A DNA stretch of 17,061 bases from the NCBI RefSeq assembly GCF_006345805.1, contig NW_021824892.1:1-17061 (forward strand), given 5' to 3'. Source of the stretch: Octopus sinensis. Taxonomy: Eukaryota. Below, in pieces: positions 8,166 to 17,061 of the stretch. The notes under the pieces are model-generated. The model worked only from the letters and a program-made list of their open reading frames with translations. It made no database searches and was not told where the DNA came from. A program made the position numbers and the translations under genes. Each line of letters starts with the position of its first letter. Position 1 is the first letter of the stretch.

Positions 8166-8807
8166 TGTATGTATGTATGTATGTATGTATGTATGTATGT
8201 ATATGTGTATATATGTATGTATGTGTTTTCATGAATGATTATGGATATATACATATCTATACATTTATGTTTTTGTTTATGAATATGTATATATGTATGC
8301 AGGCATGTACATACGTATAAGTGTATGTATGTATCTATGTATGTATTATGTATGTATGTATGTATGTATGTATGTATGTATGTATGTATGAATATATGTA
8401 TGTATTATGTATGTATGTATGTATGTATGTATGTATGTATGTATGTATGTATGTATGTATGTATGTATTATGTATGTATGTTTGTGTGTATATTGGTTTA
8501 ATTTTTTATATTTGTATTCATGTAACTATATGTAAGATTGTGGGGATATGCATATTTATACATTTGTTTTTTGCGTATATGTATATGTATGCATGTATGT
8601 ACATGTATATGTATGTATATATGTATGTATGCATGTATGTGTGTATGTGTTATGACTTTCAAAAGCTGAAGTGATGTTACTGGGCATAAAGGCCACAGCT
8701 TATACACATGAACATAGGAACGCATGCGCACACAACCAAATTCTAAAATACACATTCTAATAACATAACCAAATTCTAATATACACAGTTACAAATACAC
8801 TTACACG

Positions 8808-8840
<33 letters not shown>

Positions 8841-8989
8841 CACACACACACACACACAACGTAGGAACACGCTAAGGAGTAAGCGGACAGGTGAAAAACT
8901 TCTTAATATACATCATAAATACAGATACAAATATGCACACATATTTTCATATATACACTCGTACTCTTACACACATATATGCATATATG

Positions 8990-9043
<54 letters not shown>
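8136..9043. repeat. (TATG)n array (8136-8650) and (CA)n/(TA)n tracts (8800-8860, 8990-9043)
   Basis: Direct reading. Confidence 0.93.
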
Positions 9044-9449
9044 CTTACCTTTTTATGCTTGTTTCTCTTGGCGCTCTTCGCTTGTTTATTTATCTCAACT
9101 TCCATCTCAATAATTTTATTTAATGTTGTTGCGGTTTTTCACTATATTCCCTCTAATTAGTGCAATGTTTATTAGAATCATTAAATCCAAATGAGCATTG
9201 CTTAATTAATTATCTGCTATGTAATTGCGTGTGTAAACAACACGTATAAATGCGGCTTAATAAGCCTAAATGCCAGGACGATTTTTACGTTTCCACATAA
9301 AAGACATTTACTAAATTTTCTCAAAATCTGTATCGCATGTTGCTTTATATATAAAGTAGGGTACAATTAATTACTGAATTGGTGTAAACTGTTAATCTTC
9401 GTTAGTTAGGTTAATGAGATAACCATTATACTTCAGGCAATACATACAT

Positions 9450-9452
9450 GCA

Positions 9453-9505
<53 letters not shown>

Positions 9506-9627
9506 GTGTGTGTGTGTGTGTACTTTTATGTGGGTATACGTATATACAAATATATATATGCGTGTATATGTGTGTATTTGTGTGTATATGTATATATATA
9601 TATATATATAAGTATATATATATATAT
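9450..9627. repeat. (TA)n/(TG)n microsatellite
   Basis: Direct reading. Confidence 0.95.
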
Positions 9628-9629
9628 TT

Positions 9630-9832
9630 CTTTTTTCCAGTCATCTGACTGCGGCCATGCTGGAGCACCGATTTTAATAGAACAAATCGACTCTAGGGCT
9701 TATTCTTTGTAAGCCTGGTACTTATTTTATCGATCTATTTTGCCAAACCGGCAAGTTGCGGGGACGTAAACACGCCGACATTGGTTGTCAAGCATATATA
9801 TATACATATATATACACACACACACACATACA

Positions 9833-9889
<57 letters not shown>

Positions 9890-10135
9890 CGGGAAGCTTT
9901 ATGAAAATAGACAAAAGACGAAGGCAGGTGGGAACAAACAAACAATTGTATTAGTATAATATATATATGTATATACGATGAGCTCTTTCAGTGTCCATCA
10001 ACCAAATCCACTTACGACGTTTTGGTCGGTTCGAGGCTATATTAGAAGACACTTACCCATGGTGCCATGCAGTGGGACTGAGCCCGGAATCATGTGGTTG
10101 GGAAGTAAGATTCTTACCGCACACACTCACTCTTG
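9630..10135 (-). mobile_element. Long SINE interrupted by an internal (CA/TA)n expansion and a 70-bp island
   Basis: Tail 9630-9792 matches the reverse complement of 945-1130. Head 9980-10135 matches 12440-12565 and 1733-1797. Confidence 0.8.
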
Positions 10136-10365
10136 CACCTGTATATGTGTAAGTGTATATACATATATATATATATATATATATAATTACATATATATAT
10201 ATATTATATATTATATATATATATTATATATATATATATATATATTGACTGCATTGGATGCAGTATGTACGTTGTAGTTCGCAGCTACATTGATAAGCAT
10301 GTTTCCAGCGGTGGTGCCCCAGCATGTCCACGGTCTTCGGGCTAAAAATTTTTTAAGGATTTTAA

Positions 10366-10367
<2 letters not shown>

Positions 10368-10456
<89 letters not shown>

Positions 10457-10460
10457 ATAT
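10368..10460. repeat. (TA)n tract flanking array 2
   Basis: Direct reading. Confidence 0.97.
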
Positions 10461-10543
10461 ATTCTAGCTCGCTCTGATACTGAGTTGAGTTGGTGCCTCC
10501 TAGTATCTCAAAATTCAATATATAATCATTTATGATTATAGTT

Positions 10544-10649
10544 TCTACGCTGAAAGAAAAGAAGTTTCGGTAAGATAGAATTATTTAATATTTAATATTT
10601 AATTCTTATGCTTTTCTAAAAACTTGATTTCGAAACGTACGTCCGTAGA
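10544..10649 (+). ncRNA. Hammerhead copy 5 with a 1-nt deletion in the core (CTGAAAG instead of CTGAAGAG)
   Basis: TCTACG/CGTAGA stem I and GAAACGTACGTC are present, but G8 is missing relative to copy 6. Confidence 0.6.
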
Positions 10650-11139
10650 TAACTTAAAAAATGTATGATAGATTGCAGTCAATTCATTCTCTCTTACCCT
10701 TTTGTGTCAGCCTTCCATTGCTGTTTTTACTGAGATCTCCCTTTTTAGTAGAAGAAATAGCTATAACCCTTTGACTGCTATTTCTAAATTCGGTATGTGG
10801 TAAGGCAATTCGTTGCTAAACCCTTATTGCTTAGTATTACTTAAATTTTCCTCGAATGAGGCTTTTACATGCCGAAGACTACTTGGTGTAATTGATAATT
10901 ATTCCAAATAATTAATTTCACCCTTCATTATTACGATAACCATATTTTATCTCAGTAGATGACCACAGCATCTTGTTTTGGCTACACGCGGGTGGGAAGG
11001 GGCTGTTGACACAATCGTTTCATTCACAAATTTGAATTCGTGATACTAGTTGCGGATTCTAGCTCGCTCTGATACTGAGTTGAGTTGGTGCCTCCTAGTA
11101 TCTCAAAATTCAATATATAATCATTTATGATTATAGTAT

Positions 11140-11245
11140 TCTACGCTGAAGAGAAAAGAAGTTTCGGTAAGATAGAATTTTTAATATTTAATATTTAATT
11201 CTTATGCTTTCCTAAAAACTTGATTTCGAAACGTACGTCCGTAGA
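11140..11245 (+). ncRNA. Type I hammerhead ribozyme, copy 6: canonical core, extended stem II, GUC cleavage after 11239
   Basis: TCTACG 11140-11145, CTGAAGA 11146-11152, stem II closed by GAAA/TTTC (G10.1-C11.1), GAAA 11228-11231, C-GTAC-G, TC, CGTAGA 11240-11245. Confidence 0.88.
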
Positions 11246-11454
11246 TAACTTAAAAAATGTATGATAGATTGCAGTCAATTCATTCTCTCTTACCTGTTTG
11301 TGTCAGCCTTCCAATTGCTGTTTTTACTGAGATCTCCCTTTTTAGTAGAAGAAATAGCTATAACCCTTTGACTGCTATTTCTAAATTCGGTATGTGGTAA
11401 GGCAATTCGTTGCTAAACCCTTATTGCTTAGTATATATATATATATATATATAC

Positions 11455-11760
11455 GTGGAGGCGCAATGGCCCAGTGGTTAGAGTAGCGGACTTGCGGTCG
11501 TAAGATCGCGGTTTCGATTCCCAGACCGGGCGTTGTGAGTGTTTATTGAGCGAAAACGCCTAAAGCTCCACGAACTCCGGCACGGGGTGGTGGCGATCCC
11601 TGCTGTACTCTTTCGCCACAATTTCTCTCACTCTTTCTTCTGTTGGCCTGCTCGCTTAGCCAGCGGGGTGGCGTCATTTAAAGGCTAAAACAATGCGAAA
11701 CGCATTGTGACCATCGATGCGTAGTAACATCTGATAGCCTAGTCGGTCAGGGTGATCACG
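11455..11760 (+). mobile_element. Full-length tRNA-derived SINE (same family as 5636-5918)
   Basis: A box TGGCCCAGTGG at 11467-11477 and B box GGTTTCGATTCC at ~11510-11521. tRNA-derived octopus SINE families (OK/OR1/OR2) are known, but the family was not assigned. Confidence 0.92.
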
Positions 11761-11903
11761 ATGATATATATATATGCATGCATCTCTCTCCTTCTCTTTC
11801 TCCCTCTCCCCCTCTCTCTCTAAATATATATGCGTGTGTATGTATGTAGGTATTTATGTATTCTCATGCATATATTTGCATATCTAGACATGCTCATATA
11901 TAT

Positions 11904-12277
11904 TTAAATGATAAACTTCTGGAAATTTTTACAGATTTTTACAGTTCCAGTGATGGATTGGATCTGTAATCTTCAAATTAGCTTTCTCCTTTCTGGTTTC
12001 GAGAAGCCTAATTCCTCAAGATTGGTATTTAGGCAATTTGTTACATATCCCAGGGCCCAAGGTATAAACCTGAACTTATAATCCGGATAGAGTAACTGCA
12101 GATTTCTCAATAGTTCAGCATAAGTATTCTCTTTTTCACTGATCTTCAGTTTTATGTTAACATCCAATGGGCAGCTAATTTCCACAACTGTGCACAGTTT
12201 CTCTTCTCTATCCCAAATCATTATATCAGGTCTATTGTGCTTACATTTTATTGAGGTCTTCACTGGTACATTCCACT
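11904..12277 (-). pseudogene. 5'-truncated RLE-type non-LTR retrotransposon (R4/Dong-like), C-terminal restriction-like endonuclease domain
   Basis: WNVPVKTSIKCKHNRPDIMIWDREEKLCTVVEISCP...KENTYAELLRNLQLLYPDYKF..P.ALG matches the PD-(D/E)xK RLE pattern. A premature TGA at 11973-11975 is followed by RLQIQSITGTVKICKNFQKFII and a stop at 11904. Confidence 0.9.
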
Positions 12278-12280
12278 AAG

Positions 12281-12415
12281 TATGTATGTGTGTATGTATG
12301 TATGTATGAATGTATGTATGTATGTATGTATGTATGAATGTATGTATGTATGTATGTATGTATGTATGTATGTATGTATGTATGCATGTGTGTATGTATG
12401 TATGGATATACGTAT
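12281..12415. repeat. (TATG)n microsatellite
   Basis: Direct reading. Confidence 0.96.
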
Positions 12416-12434
12416 GTATAGAATGAACTTCTTT

Positions 12435-12930
12435 CTGTTTCCGTCAACCAAATCCACTCCCAAACTTTAGTCGTCCCAAGGCTGTGGTGGAAGACACTTT
12501 CCAAAGATCACATGCAATGGGACTGAACTTGGAAGAAAGCTTCTTACCTAAAAGCCACGCCTGTGATATATTTTTTGTCTTTTACTTGTTTCAGTCATTG
12601 AACTGCGGCCATGCTAGGGTACCGCCTTGAAGGGCTGTTGTGTCAAACTAATAAAAATCGACCCCACTATTTTTTTTTCTTTAAGCCTCGCACTTATTTT
12701 ATCGTATCTTTTGCCGAACCGCTAGGTCAGTACAATGTAAAGAAACCAGCTGGTTGTCAACTAGTGAGGGATAAACATAACACAATGGCACACAGGCACA
12801 TATATAGACATACATAAGACGGTCATCAATGTATCAGCACTGGGTAACCTAGGGCTAAAGACCCCACGCAGTGGGAAGGAACTCGAAGACATGTAGTTCC
12901 AAAGTGAGATTCTCAAGCACACGGCCTTGG
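12435..12930 (-). mobile_element. Degraded long-SINE pieces: head 12435-12565, tail 12578-12780, second head remnant ~12860-12930
   Basis: Similar to 9980-10135 and 9630-9792. Confidence 0.7.
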
Positions 12931-12944
12931 CTGCTCCAATGTAT

Positions 12945-12970
12945 ATATAGAGATACAGAGATAAATATAT

Positions 12971-13013
<43 letters not shown>

Positions 13014-14040
13014 GAGGCAGAGACCAGAGACAGAGGGAGAAGAGACAGAGACAGACACGCAGATAGACGGAGAGAGACAGATAGACAGAGAGAGACAGAC
13101 AGACACAGAGAGAGACAGACAGACACAGAGAGAGACAGACAGACACAGAGAGAGAGAGACAGACAGACAGAGACAGACAGACAGACACAGAGAGAGACAG
13201 ACAGACAGAGACAGACAGACAGACAGAGAGAGACAGACAGACAGACACAGAGAGAGAGAGACAGACAGACAGAGACAGACAGACAGACACAGAGAGAGAC
13301 AGACAGAGAGAGACAGACAGACAGAGACAGACAGACAGACAGAGAGAGAGAGACAGACAGACACGGAGAGAGACACAGAGAGAGACAGACAGACACAGAG
13401 AGAAACAGACAGACAGAGAAAGACAGACAGACACAGAGAGACAGACAGACACAGAGAGAGAGAGAGACAGACACAGAGAGAGACACAGAGAGAGACAGAC
13501 AGGCACAGAGAGACAGACAGACACAGAGAGAGACAGACAGACACAGAGAGAAACAGACAGACAGAGAGAGACAGACAGACACAGAAAGAGACAGACAGAC
13601 AGAGAGAGACAGACAGACACAGAGAGAGACACAGAGAGAGACAGACAGACACAGAGAGAGACAGAGAGAGAGACAGACAGACACAGAGAGACAGACAGAC
13701 ACAAAGAGACAGACAGACACAGAGAGAGACACAGAGAGAGACAGACAGACACAGAGAGAGACACAGAGAGAGAGAGACAGACACAGAGAGACAGACAGAC
13801 ACAGAGAGAGACACAGAGAGAGACAGACAGACACAGAGAGACAGACAGACACAGAGAGACAGACAGACACAGAGAGAAACAGACAGACACAGAGAGACAG
13901 ACAGACACAGAAAGAGACAGACAGACAGACAGACAGAGAGAGACAGACAGACAGACAGACACAGAGAGAAACAGACAGACAGAGAGAGAGAGACAGACAG
14001 ACAGACAGAGAGAGCGAGACAAACAGAGGGAGAGAGAGAG
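12945..14040. repeat. ~1.1-kb compound (GACA)n/(GA)n microsatellite
   Basis: Direct reading; produces the 319-463 aa pseudo-ORFs. Confidence 0.97.
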
Positions 14041-14054
14041 GTGGAGACGCAGTC

Positions 14055-14139
14055 ATGGATGGGTCTCCTGTCGATAAACCCCTACCAGGACCGAGAGTAC
14101 AGTCGTCCTTTGTATTGCTCGCGCTGCAAAAGTTAGACG
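14055..14139 (+). CDS. Candidate first coding exon ([28 protein letters not shown], phase-1 intron); product not recognised
   Basis: GTCATGG start context, 28 open codons, then G/GTGAGT donor with an in-frame stop two codons into the intron. CpG-rich island. No downstream exon identified. Confidence 0.4.
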
Positions 14140-14245
14140 GTGAGTGAGGCACTCAGCCCGCCACTGTAGCCGATGCACCCCCTGTGCGGATTGGAGCTTG
14201 CGACGGACGACGGCTTCAATACTTGATTTAAAAAGAAATAGTAAA

Positions 14246-14301
<56 letters not shown>

Positions 14302-14866
14302 GACTTTCCGATTTACATAAACTGATCGATATACTTGGCAATAGATCGAATTGGCGAGAACGTTTGACCATCAGAAATAAAGCCTATCTGTAGTAGTATT
14401 GACCGCCTTATACTTCGCATTTCCATCCCACTGAAATCGCCTTTGTCTCTCAAGGTGCTAGGATTGATAAAGTACTACTCTGATTTTAATTGGATAACAT
14501 TACGGACTAAATGGACCAAATTCTAGAGAACCGGAGATAGGTTTGACGAAGAATTAACAACCTTTACTGACAGAATAAGGAAATTGATATGATTCTGCTG
14601 CAACTGTCCAAGGATATTTTGCATATAGATATATCCTCTCTGTGAATAATGCTTCTCGAAGCTCATCGCACTCAGCTAAGAGCAAAAGCATGGAAGGGGT
14701 TAAAAACACGTTTGGATAGAAAAAGCCGATACAGCGGTATGTGATGAGCTTTGAGAACCACTGTTCCTAAAAGATATTATTTCGGGTTCTCTCAAGAGTT
14801 TACCAAATATTCTTATGACGTCAGCGGTTTGTATATATGAATGCAAGCGCGGGTGTGTATGTGCGC

Positions 14867-14920
<54 letters not shown>

Positions 14921-15360
14921 TCAATGAAAAATCGAAATGCTAATGACTAACGGAAAAGTAGATAGAACAAACATAGAAATCCTCTCATCGGCTTTGGAGA
15001 CCACATTCATTATAGTTTCGGCGCGTTTCTGATTGCGCTAATGTTATGCTATAGGATATATCACTGAGATTATAACAAACAACAACTAAAAGTAACTGAA
15101 AACACGTACATGTGTGGCGGAAAAACGATCAGAAGCAATTAGAAATGTGTAACTAGAAACTTTTCCGACTGACGAAAATCACTCTGTAAATCCAGAGAGT
15201 CCATTTCCCAACTTTATATGAACGCGTGTATCATCAATATTTTAGTAAATTGGTAAAATCTTCCTGTTATTCTGGAAAATTAAATGCCGATATAAAGGTT
15301 CACTAATTGCTTCGGATTGGTGTTTGTTGATGATTTGTTTGTTCGTTGAGCGAAACGGTC

Positions 15361-15606
15361 TTCGTCTCATTAGTGGGAGAGGTCCGAAACGTGGTCCTTT
15401 GCTATTCGTAAGACCCGCAGAAGAGAAAGCAGGTCAGCCCCCGACACCGAGAGCATCGACGGATGGATGAATACGCATCCAGGCTCAGCGGTTGCGTAGG
15501 AAGTCGGGGACAAGAAACAGGAAGGAAGAGTGAGAGAAAGTTGGAGCGAAAGAGTACAACAGGGGTCGCCACCACCCCCTGCTAGAGCCTCGTGGAGCTT
15601 TAGGTG
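15361..15606 (-). mobile_element. 5'-truncated SINE with the shared central domain and a third tail type
   Basis: ~15509-15606 (GAAAGAGTACAACAGGGGTCGCCACCACCCCCTGCTAGAGCCTCGTGGAGCTTTAGGTG) matches 5757-5817 and 7158-7214; 15361-15508 is unrelated to the other tails. Confidence 0.8.
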
Positions 15607-15611
15607 CGTCG

Positions 15612-15699
15612 TTGATGATGATGATGATGAGGATGAGGATGATGACAATGACGACGACGACGATGATAATAATGGTGATGGTGATGGTGATGGTGATAG

Positions 15700-15757
<58 letters not shown>

Positions 15758-15980
15758 GATCTTAATGTGGATTTTGTCGTTTAACTCCATAACAGTTGAG
15801 CACGATTCTTTACATTTCGTGAAAGGCATTCCAGCAGCAGCAGCAGCAGCAGTAGTAGTAATGGAGGTGGTGGTGGTTGCGAGTGTGGTGGTGATAACAG
15901 TAGTAGTAGCAGTGATAGTAAGAGTCGTAACAATAGTGTTGTGGGTGGTGACAATAGTAGTAATGGTTGTAGTGGTGGCG

Positions 15981-16031
<51 letters not shown>

Positions 16032-16690
16032 TAGTTATGTAGAAGCAGTAACTGTTGTAGCAATAGTAGTAGTAGCAGCAGGAGCAACTGCAGCAACAGT
16101 AGCAGTCGTGGCAGCAGCAGCAGCAGCGCGCACGTAATTAAAAAAAATGACGAAACCCCTTATTAAACTAATTAACTCTACTTCATAACACTCTTGTCTG
16201 ACATGCAGTTACATTTCGTATTTCTTTCTTCTTCTTCTCCTCCTCCTCCTCCTCCACCTCCTTCTTCTTCTCTCCTCCTCCTCCTCCTTCTCCTTCTCTT
16301 CCAACTTTTTCTTCTCTTCTTTTCTTTTTTTCTTTTCTTTTTTTATTCTTTTTCTTTTAATTCCCCTTCTCCTCTCTTCCTCTACATCTTTTTCCTCTTC
16401 TTTTCTTTTTTCTTCTTTTACTTCCTCTTCTTTTCTTTTTCCTTTTCTTCTTTTCTACTCTTCTTTTCTTCTTTTTCTTTTAATTCCTCTTCTCTTTTTT
16501 ATTTTCCTTCTTTTTCTTCTTTTTCTTTTAATTCCTCTTCTTCTTTTCTTCTTCTTCATCACCATCTTTTTCCTCTTCTTTTTCTTCCTCTTCTTTTTCT
16601 TTTAATTCCTCTTCTTTTCTTGTTCTTCATCTTTTTCCTCTTCTTTTTTCTCCTTCCTCTTCTTTTTCTTTTAATTCCTCTCCTTCTTCT

Positions 16691-16721
<31 letters not shown>

Positions 16722-17030
16722 ATAATTCTTCAAGTTCTTCTTCTTGTTGCTGCTGTCATGCTCCTGGTCTTTCTTTAGCATTCTTGCAGTTTTTTATAAT
16801 ACCATCTTTTACTGTTTTGTTACTGTTGTTGTCATTGCTGCCATTCTTCAATATTGTTGTTGTCGCTATTGCTGTCGTTGTTGTTGCTGTTCGCTAAAGT
16901 TACTGTCATTGCAGTCAGAGTTTATGAATGGTTGCTTTTTGTTTTTCATTTTTCTTTTCTTTTTATATTGCTACATTTGTTCTTTTTATTGTTATAGTTC
17001 TTGTTATTGTTACTGTTGTTGTTGTCTCTG
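15612..17030. repeat. (GAT)n, (GTA/CAG)n, (CTT/CT)-rich and (GTT/TGC)n low-complexity tracts
   Basis: Direct reading; explains the ORFs at 15485-17031. Confidence 0.93.
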
Positions 17031-17061
17031 ATAGTTGGGTTGTTTTTTTTCAGTATCATTC

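Larger units (their letters stand above)
10461..11434 (+). mobile_element. Hammerhead-containing tandem repeat, array 2 (~596-bp unit, ~1.6 copies), a diverged relative of array 1
   Basis: ATTCTAGCTCGCTC at 10461 and 11056; CCCTTATTGCTTAGTAT at 10821 and 11418. Blocks shared with array 1 occur in the same order. (TA)n on both sides. Confidence 0.92.

Noticed and set aside
10461-11434. Opposite-polarity ribozyme (viroid-like ambisense element)
   Set aside because: No CTGANGA core with matching GAAA and stems was found on the antisense strand of either unit.
11455-11530. tRNA gene
   Set aside because: It is a SINE head: A and B boxes are present, but there is no complete cloverleaf and it continues into the SINE body.
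12761-14152. Long ORFs of 319-463 aa
   Set aside because: They are stop-free translations of the (GACA/GA)n microsatellite in several frames.
15485-17031. Poly-T/I/D/M/V and hydrophobic ORFs resembling membrane proteins
   Set aside because: They are trinucleotide and CT-rich repeats with no domain signal.

Overview
Repeat-dense eukaryotic DNA, most likely from an octopus (inferred from the microsatellite load and the tRNA-SINE types). It contains no intact protein-coding gene, and nearly all ORF-track entries are translated microsatellites. Main result: two related but strongly diverged non-coding tandem arrays (unit ~557 bp at 1994-4346; unit ~596 bp at 10461-11434), both embedded in (TA)n. 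Each unit carries a minimal type I hammerhead ribozyme: stem I, CTGAAGA, stem II, GAAAC-GTAC-GTH, stem I'. The core is conserved between the two families while stem I is completely replaced by compensatory pairs. Array 1 has a twin-priming-like inversion, and both arrays end about 195 nt downstream of the last cleavage site. Together this suggests a microsatellite-targeted, retrozyme-like or Penelope-associated self-cleaving RNA element with unusually long monomers. Also present: a five-copy palindromic IR4 motif cluster, several tRNA-SINEs (one head with three different tails), a decayed mariner transposase, the 3' end of an RLE-type (R4/Dong-like) LINE and a candidate first coding exon.
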